A stretch of DNA of 63,907 nucleotides, counting the filler, from an uncultured bacterium (GTDB taxonomy: Bacteria; CAYJRR01): the NCBI GenBank assembly GCA_964372275.1. It is 3 parts of 3 records of this genome, joined end to end, with 100 filler letters (N's around TTAATTAATTAA, not from the genome) between each part and the next. Parts side by side here need not be neighbours in the genome. Positions count along the whole stretch, not along the records: positions 45,463 to 63,907 come from CAYJRR010000090.1; 2 more parts are not named here. One strand, given 5' to 3'. The notes below the pieces were generated by a model. That model worked only from the letters and a program-made list of their open reading frames with translations, made no database searches and was not told the DNA's origin. Below, one piece after another: positions 53,570 through 63,041 of this stretch. A program made the translations under genes and the position numbers. Position 1 is the stretch's first letter, and every line of letters begins with the position of its first letter.

Positions 53570-56152
53570 ATGCGGCGATTCGCCCTCCTGCTGGTGCTGT
53601 CCCCGGCGGCGTCGTGCACGCCGCTTCCTGACCGGTCGACGGGAGACGACGGGGCCGCCTGGCCGCTCGCCGCCTTGCGTCCGGTGCGACTCGACGAAAA
53701 GTCGATGGTCCAGCTCGACGCGGAACCGCTGCTCGCGGCGACCCGGTACGTCTCGGAGCGCCGGCCGCTGCTCGGACTCGACGAGCGCGACGAGCTCGAG
53801 GCGATCGACGCCGCGCTCGGGATCGATGGGCGATTGCACGTTCGCCTACGCCACACCGTCGACGGCGTCCCGGTCCACGGATCGCAACTGGTCGCGCACG
53901 CCGCGGACGGCGCGTTTCTCTCGGTGAGCGGCAACCTGGCCGTCGGCGTCGACCGTCTCGGCACGCAGCCGGCGACGACCGAGGACGACGCCCTCGACGT
54001 GGCGGGACGCCGCTACGCCGAGATGTCGAAGGAGCCGGACGCACCGCTCGCGTTCACGCGCCGCTCGGTGGAACGGACGATCCTCCCCTCGGAGGCTGGA
54101 GCGCGCCTGGCCTATCGCGTCGAGCTCCACACCGAGCTGCAGGCCGGCATCGAGCCGGGCGCGTGGAACGCCTTCGTCGACGCCGAGACCGGCGAGCTGC
54201 TCCACTTCTTCAACGCGATCGACGCCCTCTCGCAGGCCAGCGGTCCCGGCGGGAACGCGAAGGTCGCGCGGAGCTGGAACGGAACGCTCGACGTCGAGCC
54301 CTGGGGGAACGCCTACCGCATGGAGACGGCGCGGCTCCGGACCGCGAACCTCCACGGCGCGACTTCGGGCGCGGGCCAGACCGTCACCGGACCGCTCGGC
54401 GCGATCGGCGATTCGGCCATCAACGACGCCCACGGCTTCGCGGAGACGACGCTCGAGATGCTGGCGCAGTGGTTCGGCCTCGATTCGATCGACGGCCAGG
54501 GGTTCCCGATCCGCAGCCGCGTGCATTATGGCTCCGGATACGAGAACGCCTTCTGGAACGGCCAGGAGATGACCTACGGCGACGGCGGGAGCTACTTCTT
54601 CCCGCTCTCCGGCGGGCTCGACATCGTCGCGCACGAGATCCACCACGGTTTCACGCAGCTCCACTCCGGCCTCTACTACGGCGGCGAGTCGGGGGGGATG
54701 AACGAGTCGTTCTCCGACGTGGCGGGGACGGCGGCCGAGTTCTTCGCCGAAGGGGCCGCGGCCGACTGGACGCTGGGAGAGGACACGGTCCAGGCGACCG
54801 GCGGCTGGTTGCGGGCGATGTGCCATCCGGCGCTCGACGGCCACTCGATCGAGCATGCCGACGACCTGACGGCCGGAATGGACGTGCACTTCTCGAGCGG
54901 CGTCTTCAACCGAGCCTTCTGCCGCGCGGCGAAGCGGCTCTCGAGCGGCAGCGCGGAGGGGGTGGCGACCGCCGGCGGCGTCCGGCGCGCCGCCACGGCG
55001 TGGTTCGCCGCCAACCAGGGGTACTGGGTCTCGTCGTCGACCTTCGCGCAAGGGTGCCAGGGGATCGTCGACGCGGCGGTGGCGCTCGGATTCGAGGAGT
55101 CGGAGACGCTCGCGATCCGGGATTCGTTCGCCGACGTCGGCGTCTACTGCGCCGGCGCGGCGAGCCCGCCGCCTCCGTGCGATCAGACGATCACCGCCGC
55201 GACCGGGACCCTCGCCTCCCCCAACCATCCGGCGGGCTATCCCGCCAACTTCGCCCGCACCTGGTGCCTCAAGCCTCCGACCGGCGCGGTGCGGTTGACC
55301 TTCACCGCCTTCGACACCGAGCCCGGCTACGACTTCGTCGAGATCCGCTCCGCCAACGGCGCGGTGCTCTCGAAGAGCGCGGGGACGCTCGCTCCCGCGC
55401 CGGCCGCCGGCACCAAGCTCTACCTGACCTTCACCAGCGACGCGACGGTGCAGAAGAGCGGGTGGAAGGCGAGCTGGGAGCCGGTGGCGAACGACGCGCC
55501 GCAGGTCTCGCTCACCGCCCCCGCGACCGGCGCGACCCTCGGCGGCGCGGTCACCGTCACGGCGGATGCGTTCGACACCGACGGGACGGTGGCCAAGGTG
55601 GTCTTCGGACTGCCCGACGGCACCTTCGCCGAGGACGGCTTCGCGCCGTTCGCGGTCGTATGGGACTCGAGCTCCGTCCCCGACGCCGGAAGCCACACGA
55701 TCACCGCGCGCGCGGTGGACGACGTCGGCTCGTCGAGCGCGCTGGCGAGCCGCGCCGTCGCGGTGCAGAACGGGGAGGGTTGCCTCGCCGGGACGTTCGC
55801 CGCCCCGAGCCTGCCGCTCGCGATCCCCGACGCGCCGCTCGCCGGGATCGTCTCCACCGTGGTGGTCGACGGCGCGGGACGCGTCGGCTCGCTCGCGCTA
55901 TCGCTCGACGCCGTCCACCCCTACCAAGGGGACCTGCGCGTGGCGCTCGTGGCCCCCGACGGATCGGAGCAGGTCGTCTGGAACCGCCACGGCGGCGCCG
56001 CCGACGACCTCCTGTTCGAACACGTCGCGCTCACCGCGTTCGACGGACTGCCCGCCGCCGGCCCCTGGCGCCTGAAGGTCCAGGACTTCGCCCTGGAGGA
56101 CGAAGGCCAGCTGCGGTCCTGGTCGCTCCGGATCGTCGGCGACTGCGACTAG
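53570..56152 (+). CDS. M4 (thermolysin-like) metallopeptidase with propeptide, CUB, Ig-like and P-proprotein domains
   Basis: YENAFWNG, HEIHHG, GGMNESFSD, VHFSSG; SPNHP..Y, FDTE.GYD; HPYQGDL...G.WRL.V.D. Confidence 0.92.
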   Translation: MRRFALLLVLSPAASCTPLPDRSTGDDGAAWPLAALRPVRLDEKSMVQLDAEPLLAATRYVSERRPLLGLDERDELEAIDAALGIDGRLHVRLRHTVDGVPVHGSQLVAHAADGAFLSVSGNLAVGVDRLGTQPATTEDDALDVAGRRYAEMSKEPDAPLAFTRRSVERTILPSEAGARLAYRVELHTELQAGIEPGAWNAFVDAETGELLHFFNAIDALSQASGPGGNAKVARSWNGTLDVEPWGNAYRMETARLRTANLHGATSGAGQTVTGPLGAIGDSAINDAHGFAETTLEMLAQWFGLDSIDGQGFPIRSRVHYGSGYENAFWNGQEMTYGDGGSYFFPLSGGLDIVAHEIHHGFTQLHSGLYYGGESGGMNESFSDVAGTAAEFFAEGAAADWTLGEDTVQATGGWLRAMCHPALDGHSIEHADDLTAGMDVHFSSGVFNRAFCRAAKRLSSGSAEGVATAGGVRRAATAWFAANQGYWVSSSTFAQGCQGIVDAAVALGFEESETLAIRDSFADVGVYCAGAASPPPPCDQTITAATGTLASPNHPAGYPANFARTWCLKPPTGAVRLTFTAFDTEPGYDFVEIRSANGAVLSKSAGTLAPAPAAGTKLYLTFTSDATVQKSGWKASWEPVANDAPQVSLTAPATGATLGGAVTVTADAFDTDGTVAKVVFGLPDGTFAEDGFAPFAVVWDSSSVPDAGSHTITARAVDDVGSSSALASRAVAVQNGEGCLAGTFAAPSLPLAIPDAPLAGIVSTVVVDGAGRVGSLALSLDAVHPYQGDLRVALVAPDGSEQVVWNRHGGAADDLLFEHVALTAFDGLPAAGPWRLKVQDFALEDEGQLRSWSLRIVGDCD

Positions 56153-56640
56153 AAGCGGTTTCAAGACCTGGAAGTCGGGGGCGTGGGGGAAACAGTATCG
56201 CAGGCCACCTGTGTGAGCCCGTTCCCCGGGGTGCGGACTCGCCGCGCGTAGCGGCGCGCGGCGGTCCTCCTGCTCGGCGGGCCATTGTTCCCTCCTTATA
56301 TGGAGGGCCCGCCTCCGAGACACCCCGGGGAACGGGCTCACACAGGTGGCCGGGCGAGGCTGTTCGCCCACGCCCCCTTACGCCAGGGTTTGAAGCCGCC
56401 GCAGGGTGATGAGGACGCAGGCGAGCTGGAAGAAGGCTTTGAAGCGCTCGAGCTTATTCTCGTAACGAATGGTGAGGCGGCGGAAGTTGAAGAGCCAGGC
56501 GTTCGTTCGCTCGATAATCCACCGCCGCCGATACCGGCGGAGCTTTCGGCCATCCTGAAATCGGTTCTTCCGGGTCCGGAGATGCGGCGCGATGAAATCG
56601 ACGCCCCGCTTCTTCATTCGCCGGCGGAACCTCGCTGCGT
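56149..56640 (-). mobile_element. IS5-family remnant (3' end of transposase plus terminus), interrupted by a nested element
   Basis: DGRKLRRYRRRWIIERTNAWL.NFRRL.IRYE...FFQLAC; end reads TGAAACCGCTTCTAG with CTAG overlapping the peptidase stop; 5' part missing. Confidence 0.85.
56166..56392. mobile_element. MITE-like element with about 70-bp inverted arms
   Basis: Perfect 31-bp IR 56203-56233/56321-56351, imperfect extension to CCTGG/CCAGG; AAG direct repeat either side. Confidence 0.7.
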
Positions 56641-56685
56641 TCTTCGCCGGACGCTTGGGCGCTGAACGAGTCGACGAAGTCGTAG

Positions 56686-56828
56686 ATTCCGCGGCCGCTA
56701 TCGGGACCGCGACCGAGGCCGTCCCCGCGACCGCGGGACGACCCCATCGACGAAAAAATTCGCAGCCGGGTCATCCCTCGACGCGTCTACGGTTTCGGCC
56801 GAGACCCCGACCGCGGTAGCGGTAGCGT
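56686..56828. repeat. Inverted pair of GGGTCRTCCC-initiated hexamer-periodic repeats
   Basis: Minus GGGGTCGTCCCGCG ending 56745; plus GGGTCATCCCTCG at 56768, identical to 58788-58800. Confidence 0.55.
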
Positions 56829-56887
56829 GTTTCCTGCTTTCGCGCCCGCTCGCAGAGCGGGCGCGCAGGAAAGTGACAAAGTAGTAC

Positions 56888-56939
56888 TAGGGGGTGAACT
56901 CGATTGTAGGGCCGCTGCCACGCAGCGGCCCCTTCCGTG
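56888..56939 (+). repeat. REP-like unit, left arm of an imperfect IR paired with 58896-58946
   Basis: GTAG followed by hairpin GGCCGCTGC-CAC-GCAGCGGCC. Confidence 0.65.
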
Positions 56940-57077
56940 TGACCGGTCCCAAAAAAATTAGACCGTTTCAGGCTTGAGAATTTCTGCCTCACCGGGACGT
57001 CGCTGAAGGAGGCCTAGAGAAGGAGGGCAGGTCATGTCCTTGTTTTTTATTCGGTTCACGGGCAAGATTCCCATCCT

Positions 57078-58127
57078 ATGGCGTGGGCGACACCCTAGCA
57101 TGAGCGTGCAGCGGTTGATGCTGCGGGAACGCTTCTCGCGAGCCTCAAGGGCGTTTTCGGCGCGAGTTCCGAGGCTGAAATCCAGAGGCTCGAAGAAGCG
57201 ATTGATATCGTCAACAACTGGCGAGCCTCACATGGGTTTCCTCTAAACACGTTCTCTGTAACCCTTAGAAACAAATCGAAAAAGGTTCCGACAAATTACC
57301 TTCTGGTTGCTCAGCGGATCAAGCGCCTTCCGGCAATCCTTCACAAGCTCGAGCGAATTCCGACCCTTGGTCTTTCAAAATTCCAGGACATCGGAGGATG
57401 CCGCGCGGTTCTTTCCGGCGTAAAGGGAGTTCGGGCTCTTCGTGACATGTATCTAAGCAGCGACCTCAAGCACCGCCTGCTGAAGGAAACAGATTACGTC
57501 AGCCAGCCGAAGAAATCAGGATACCGAAGCCTGCATCTTGTCTACGAGTACCGAAGCGATCGGAGCGAGATCTAAAATGGGCTGAGAATCGAAATTCAGA
57601 TGCGGTCTCGCTTGCAGCACGCGTGGGCGACTGCGGTCGAGACAGCCGGAATGTTTTCGAAGGAGTACCTCAAATCGAGCCAGGGCGATCCGCGCTGGCT
57701 TCGGTTTTTCGCGCTCATGGGCTCTGCGATCGCGCTTCGCGAGAATGCGCCTCCGGTCCCAGAGACGCCCACGTCGAGGGTGCCACTCCTGACCGAACTC
57801 AAGGACATCGCACAGCAACTGAACGCTCGAAAGCGTCTCCTCGCATATGGAGAGGCCCTCAGTCTCGTTGAGCCGAAGGATGGTTCTTTCTTCCTCATGC
57901 GGCTGAATGCCAGTGAGGGAAGGCTCGAAGTCATTGGATTCAAGCGGACTGAGCACCGCCTGGCGCAGGCGAAATACATGAGCCTTGAGCGCGATCTCGT
58001 CGGGAAACCGGATGAGGATGCCGTCCTCGTATCCGTTGACTCGGTCAAGAATCTTCGCTCCGCGTACCCAAATTACTACCTAGACACGAAGCGTTTCGTG
58101 AAGGCATTCGATCAGGCGGTCAGTTGA
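57078..58127 (+). pseudogene. RelA/SpoT-domain small alarmone synthetase homologue with two in-frame stops
   Basis: MAWATP*...NNWRASH.FPLN, AQRIKR, QDIGGCR, DY...PK.SGYRSLH, EI*NG, EIQMRS.LQHAWAT.VE, LRSAYPNYY.D; TAG 57096-57098, TAA 57573-57575; low GC. Confidence 0.88.
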
Positions 58128-58249
58128 ACCCGCTGCGACACTCAGGGCATTGAATACTGTGCAATGAACCCCATGAGTTGGGGCGGAGACGGTCTCAAAT
58201 GTCAGATGCAGGACTACCTGGCGCTCCTCCACCTCGCTTGTCTATGGCC

Positions 58250-58591
58250 TTATGTAGGCCGGACGGACCGGTTGTGAATTAAGCGATAAGCCATGGCGAG
58301 GATCCGATCGAGCAAGGCGGAAACCTCGCGGGCGTGCTCGTCGCGGAGGTAGCCCCAACCGACCGCGGCGCGTACGGCGGCGAGCGCTTCCTGGGCGGAG
58401 CCGGCCGCATATCGATAACGGTTGATCCGATCGCGGCCGGTTCTCCATCGAGCCTCGCCGAGATTGAGGAAGACGCTTTCGGTCGCCCGCCGAAGCTGAT
58501 CGGCCAGCGGCGCCGACCGGCGCTCGATCGCGTCCGCCACAGGACGCATCGTCTTCACCAAACCCTCCGCCACCGCCAACGCCTCGAACAT
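58250..58591 (-). CDS. Four-helix-bundle protein (23S rRNA IVS-protein-like family)
   Basis: LADQLRRA.ES..LNLGEA, AAGSA.E, WGY, LLDR..AM...L. Confidence 0.88.
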   Translation of the reverse strand: MFEALAVAEGLVKTMRPVADAIERRSAPLADQLRRATESVFLNLGEARWRTGRDRINRYRYAAGSAQEALAAVRAAVGWGYLRDEHAREVSALLDRILAMAYRLIHNRSVRPT

Positions 58592-58786
58592 TTCTTTTTC
58601 TCCCTTCCGCCCTCCCCGGGCCAACTTTCGCCCCTACCGAAGTTGGCCCGGGGAGGGCGGGAGACAGCATCCCGCGTGGCGATGATCCAACAGGCGTGAG
58701 GCGGCGCCCGTGCAGCGACCGTGACGGCGCTGTTGGCCGGCGCGGTCGCTGCCGAAGCCGCCGTCCTCTATTCGACTCGAAGCAGA

Positions 58787-58864
58787 AGGGTCATCCCTCG
58801 GCCACGGTTGCGGCCTCGGAAGCCGTCGCGACCGCGGCCGCGTCCGAGGCCGTGGAATGACCCC
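58787..58864. repeat. Long imperfect hairpin of the hexamer-periodic family, downstream of trxA
   Basis: GGGTCATCCCTCGGCC pairs with GGCCGTGGAATGACCC. Confidence 0.65.
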
Positions 58865-58895
58865 TCCGACGACGTCCGCTGCCGCGAAGCGAGAT

Positions 58896-58946
58896 CACGG
58901 AAGGGGCCGTTGCGTAGCGGCGGACTGCAATCAGGGACGCCCCCTA
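58896..58946 (-). repeat. Degenerate REP-like unit, right arm pairing with 56888-56939
   Basis: Hand alignment 32/38 identical plus shared terminal CCCCCTA overlapping the trxA stop. Confidence 0.6.
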
Positions 58947-59270
58947 CGCGAGGGCCTTTTTCAGGAGGTCTTGCAAGCGGGACTTCGGGACGGCGCCGAC
59001 CACCTGGTCGACGACCTTTCCCCCCTTGAAGACCATGATCGTCGGGACCCCGCGGATGCCGAACTGGCTCGGGGTGGCGCGGTTGTTGTCGACGTCGAGC
59101 TTGTAGAAGTCGACCTTGCCGCCGTATTCGCCGGCGAGCTCCTCGACGACGGGCGCGATCGCCTTGCACGGCTGGCACCAGGTGGCCCAGAAGTCGACCA
59201 GCACAGGCCGGTCGGACTTCATCACCTTCGCGTCGAATCCGGCGTCCGACACCTCGTTCACGTTGCCCAT
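58944..59270 (-). CDS. trxA: Thioredoxin
   Basis: VLVDFWATWCQPCK, GIRGVPT, VGAVPK. Confidence 0.95.
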   Translation of the reverse strand: MGNVNEVSDAGFDAKVMKSDRPVLVDFWATWCQPCKAIAPVVEELAGEYGGKVDFYKLDVDNNRATPSQFGIRGVPTIMVFKGGKVVDQVVGAVPKSRLQDLLKKALA

Positions 59271-59329
59271 TCGGGATCTCCTTGTCGTCTCCTCTAGCAC
59301 AATTCGGCGTCCGGCGATAGGCTGCCCGC

Positions 59330-59905
59330 ATGTCCCACGAGCGGGTCGCCCGCGAGCTCCGCGAGAGCGCCGAGCTGAAGCTTCGATGCATCGAATCGAT
59401 CGGGGATTCGATCGCGCGGGCCGGCTCCCTCGTGGTGGAGGCGTTCCGCTCGGGGGGGAAGCTCCTGCTGTGCGGCAACGGCGGATCGGCCTCCGACGCC
59501 CAGCACATCGCCGCGGAATTCGTGAACAAATTCGAAAAGCAAAGACGCGCGCTCCCGGCCCTCGCCTTGACCACCGACAGCTCCAACCTGACGTCGATCG
59601 GAAACGACCTGTCGTTCGATCAGGTCTTTGCCCGACAGGTCGAAGCGCTGGGACGGAAAGGGGACGTGCTGATCGCGATCAGCACGTCTGGCCGGTCGCC
59701 CAACGTCCTCCGGGCGATCGAAGCGGCGAAGGAAGCGGGGGTGACGTCGATCGCCCTGGCCGGACGCGGCGGGGGGCCGGCGGCAAAGGCGGCCGACCAC
59801 GCGGTGGTGGTGCCGCACGACGTCACCAGCCGGATCCAGGAGGTCCACATCACCGTCGGCCACATCCTCTGCGGGATCGTCGACGCCGAGATGTTTGGGG
59901 CGTGA
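59330..59905 (+). CDS. gmhA: Sedoheptulose-7-phosphate isomerase
   Basis: CGNGGSASDAQH.A.E, GND, ISTSG.SPN, RIQEVH. Confidence 0.96.
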   Translation: MSHERVARELRESAELKLRCIESIGDSIARAGSLVVEAFRSGGKLLLCGNGGSASDAQHIAAEFVNKFEKQRRALPALALTTDSSNLTSIGNDLSFDQVFARQVEALGRKGDVLIAISTSGRSPNVLRAIEAAKEAGVTSIALAGRGGGPAAKAADHAVVVPHDVTSRIQEVHITVGHILCGIVDAEMFGA

Positions 59906-59907
59906 CG

Positions 59908-60975
59908 ATGGCGTCGCGACGCCGATCCGATCGAGACCTGGGACCGATCGACGCCCGGAAGATCCGCACCTATCCGCTCGCCTCGCGCACCAGCAAGTTC
60001 ACCCGCGCGCACTACGGAAGGCCGCACCGTCCCGGCGGGTCGGTGCGCGAGCTGCTCGACTCGCTGCCGCGGGTGCTCGCGGCCGACGACCTGCGTGCGC
60101 TGGCGCGCGCCGTCGCCGGCGCGCGGCGGCGCGGCCGGCCGGTGATCGTCGGGATCGGCGCGCACGTGATCAAGACAGGGCTTTCGCCGGTGCTGATCGA
60201 CCTGATCGAACGGGACGTCATCACCGCGCTCGCGATGAACGGCGCGGGGATCGTGCACGACGCGGAGCTGGCGATGGTCGGGCACACCTCGGAGGACGTC
60301 GACGCCACGCTCGCCGGCGGCGGCTTCGGCGGCGCAAAGGAGACGGCCGAGGTCCTGAACGCGGCGATCGCCAGCACGGCTCCCGCGCGACGCGCAGGAA
60401 TCGACGGCGCTCCGCGTGGAACGGGCAGGCCGGCCCACGCCGCGCGCGGCGGGAGCGCGCCGGTCGGTCTTGGCCGTGCCGTCGGCGAGCACCTCCTCGA
60501 ACGGCGCTTCCCATTCGTCGCGGAGAGTCTCCTCGCGACGTGCGCCCGAAGGAAGGTCCCCTGCACGGTGCACGTCGCCGTCGGCACCGACATCTTCCAC
60601 ATGCACCCCGACACCGACGGCGCGCTCCTCGGAGCGGCCTCGATGCTCGATTTCCGGATCTTCGCCGAGGCGGTGCGGCATCTTTCCGGCGGGGTCTACC
60701 TCAACGTCGGCTCGGCGGTGATCCTCCCGGAGGTGTTCCTGAAGGCGGTGAGTCTGTGCCGCAACCTGGGGACCTACCTCGACGACGTCACCACCGCCAA
60801 CTTCGACTTCATCCGCGGCTACCGCCCGCTGACCAACGTGGTGAACCGTCCGACCGGCGGCTCGGGCCGAGGTTACAACCTGGTCGGACATCACGAGATC
60901 CTGATCCCGCTCTTCGCCGCCGCGGTCGTCGAGGAGCTGGAGGACCAAAGGCGCGCGTCGTGGCGAAGGTCCTGA
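59908..60975 (+). CDS. Conserved deoxyhypusine-synthase-like fold protein of unknown function
   Basis: [55 protein letters not shown]. Confidence 0.75.
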   Translation: MASRRRSDRDLGPIDARKIRTYPLASRTSKFTRAHYGRPHRPGGSVRELLDSLPRVLAADDLRALARAVAGARRRGRPVIVGIGAHVIKTGLSPVLIDLIERDVITALAMNGAGIVHDAELAMVGHTSEDVDATLAGGGFGGAKETAEVLNAAIASTAPARRAGIDGAPRGTGRPAHAARGGSAPVGLGRAVGEHLLERRFPFVAESLLATCARRKVPCTVHVAVGTDIFHMHPDTDGALLGAASMLDFRIFAEAVRHLSGGVYLNVGSAVILPEVFLKAVSLCRNLGTYLDDVTTANFDFIRGYRPLTNVVNRPTGGSGRGYNLVGHHEILIPLFAAAVVEELEDQRRASWRRS

Positions 60976-63041
60976 TCGCCGACGACGAGCCGATCGTCCT
61001 GCGCTGGATCGCCGACGTGGTGGCGCGGGCCGGCCACCAACCGATTCCGGCGACCGACGGAGAGACGGCCTGGCAGCTGTTCCAGGCCCACCAGCCGTCG
61101 ATCGCGATCCTCGACGTGCGGATGCCGAAGCTCGCCGGGCAGGAGGTCTGCGTCCGGATCAAGCGGGAGCGGCCGGCGACCGGGGTGCTGCTGATCTCCG
61201 GGGTGTTCACCGATCCGTCGGTCGCCCGGGAGTCGGCGGCGCGGTTCAAGAACGACGCCTACCTCGCCAAGCCGTTCACCGCCGAGCAGCTCGCGCAGGT
61301 GATCGCGACCCTCGGCGCGCCGTCCCTGTCCGCGGGAGTGCCGCATCGGGCGCCCGCGCCCCCGGGTGGGATGCCGCCCGCCGGAACGCCGCACCGCGCG
61401 CCCGCCCCCTCGGGTTCCGCTCCGCCGGCCGGAACCGCGCATCGCGCCCCCGCCCCCCCGTCCGCGCGTCCATCGGCGCCGGCGGCCCCCGTTCCGTCGG
61501 CGCCGGCATCGCCGGCGTCGGTCCCGTCGGCGCCGGGAATCGCCGTCGGTCCGGCGGAGCCGTCGTTCGCGCGCGAAGGAAGTCTCGAGCGGACCTCGGC
61601 GCTCGCGCTACTGGCGCGCGCCCACACCGACCGCGCCGCCGGAAAGATCGCCTTCAAGAAGGACGTCGCCACCAAGGAGATCTGGGTGCGCGACGGGAAG
61701 CTGGTGCACGCCACGAGCAATCTCGACGGAGACCGGATCGAGCGGAGACTCGCGACGGAGGGGAAGCTCTCCGAGGAGCAGGTTCGCGACGTGAGGATCC
61801 TGGCGAACGCGCTCGGGAGCGCCGAAGCGGCGCTGGTGCAGCGGATGATCGTGCCGCCGCACGAGGTGTTCGACGCGGCGCGGAGGGTCGCGCTTGCGCT
61901 GGTGCTCGACCTGCTCCGCTGGACGGGCGGTCGCTACGCCTTCGAGCCCGGCAGTCCACCCGTTGGATCGACGAGCCTCGAGCTGTCGCTCGACGAGCTT
62001 GCGCAGCACGGGCTGCGCGAGGTCTACGACCCGGCGCGGGTGCGACAGGCGTTCGGCGCGCAGCTCGGCTGGCCGGCCGAAAAGGACCTGGCTCGCGTCG
62101 ACGCCGTCGAGCGGTTGAAGCTGACGCCGGCCGAGTTCCGCCTGGCCCGGATGGTCGACGGGAGGAAGACGCCGGAGGCGCTGGCAGCCGAGTGGGCGGC
62201 GGGCGATCCGGCCAAGACCGAGCGGGCCTTGGCTGTCTTGCTGCTCCTCCGCGAGGCGGGGGTGCTGCGAAATCCGCAACCCGACGCCGACTCCGGGCAG
62301 GCCGCCGCTCCGGGAAGCGCCGCCGCGGGGGGCGCGCCGACCGCCACCGCGGACGGGCCGGCGTCGGCGGAGGTCCTGGCGCTCCAGAAGAAGCTCGCCG
62401 AGCTGGAGAAGACCGACCTCTTTGCCGCGCTCGGAGTGGCCCGGACCGCCAGCGCCGCCGAGGTGAAGAAGGCCTACTTCGGGATGGCCAAGAAGTACCA
62501 CCCCGACACCCTCCCGGCCGACGCCACGCCGGAGCACCGCAAGGTGATCGACGGGATCTTCGCCGTCCTCTCCCGCGCCAACCAGGTGCTCTCGGACACG
62601 AAGGAGCGGGACCAATACCTCGCCGAGCTCGAAGGAAATGCCCCCGCCGCCGACGACGTCAACCGGATCATCGAGGCCGAGGTCGAGTTCCAGAAGGGGG
62701 AGTTCTTCCTGCTGCGAAAGCGGGACCCCGCGCAGGCCGAAGTGCACCTCGCCGCGGCGCTGAAGAAGAACCCCGACGAGCCGGAGCACCATGTGATGTG
62801 GGGATGGCTCGTCTGGAACAAGTCGAAGAACCAGGCCGAGGCGGTGAAGCACATCGAGGCGGGCTTGAAGAAGCGGCCGGAGATCGCCAACGCCTATCTC
62901 TTCCTCGGTCACATCCACAAGGCGAAAGGGGAGACCGACAAGGCGGAGAAGGCCTACCAGAAATGCCTGTCGATCGATCCGAAGCAGCCCGACGCGGCGG
63001 CGGAGCTCCGGCTCATCCAGATGCGGAAAGGGAAGCGATGA
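60960..63041 (+). CDS. Response regulator-DUF4388-like-DnaJ-TPR multidomain protein
   Basis: VLIADDE/LDVRMP; G.LVHA.SN...W.GG.Y.F; KKAYF..AKKYHPD; C-terminal TPRs. Confidence 0.85.
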   Translation: MAKVLIADDEPIVLRWIADVVARAGHQPIPATDGETAWQLFQAHQPSIAILDVRMPKLAGQEVCVRIKRERPATGVLLISGVFTDPSVARESAARFKNDAYLAKPFTAEQLAQVIATLGAPSLSAGVPHRAPAPPGGMPPAGTPHRAPAPSGSAPPAGTAHRAPAPPSARPSAPAAPVPSAPASPASVPSAPGIAVGPAEPSFAREGSLERTSALALLARAHTDRAAGKIAFKKDVATKEIWVRDGKLVHATSNLDGDRIERRLATEGKLSEEQVRDVRILANALGSAEAALVQRMIVPPHEVFDAARRVALALVLDLLRWTGGRYAFEPGSPPVGSTSLELSLDELAQHGLREVYDPARVRQAFGAQLGWPAEKDLARVDAVERLKLTPAEFRLARMVDGRKTPEALAAEWAAGDPAKTERALAVLLLLREAGVLRNPQPDADSGQAAAPGSAAAGGAPTATADGPASAEVLALQKKLAELEKTDLFAALGVARTASAAEVKKAYFGMAKKYHPDTLPADATPEHRKVIDGIFAVLSRANQVLSDTKERDQYLAELEGNAPAADDVNRIIEAEVEFQKGEFFLLRKRDPAQAEVHLAAALKKNPDEPEHHVMWGWLVWNKSKNQAEAVKHIEAGLKKRPEIANAYLFLGHIHKAKGETDKAEKAYQKCLSIDPKQPDAAAELRLIQMRKGKR
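61332..61460 (+). repeat. Three 48-bp tandem repeats encoding AG(V/T)(P/A)HRAPAP units
   Basis: Units begin at 61332, 61380, 61428. Confidence 0.8.

Noticed and set aside
57034-57246. 70-aa ORF listed in the track
   Set aside because: Wrong frame; overlaps the RelA/SpoT pseudogene frame starting at 57078
58250-58591. Four-helix-bundle gene as DGR Avd
   Set aside because: No reverse transcriptase or TR/VR pair nearby
56150-58950. Repeats considered as CRISPR array or integron attC cassettes
   Set aside because: No regularly spaced direct repeats, cas genes, integrase or clear RYYYAAC/GTTRRRY box pairs
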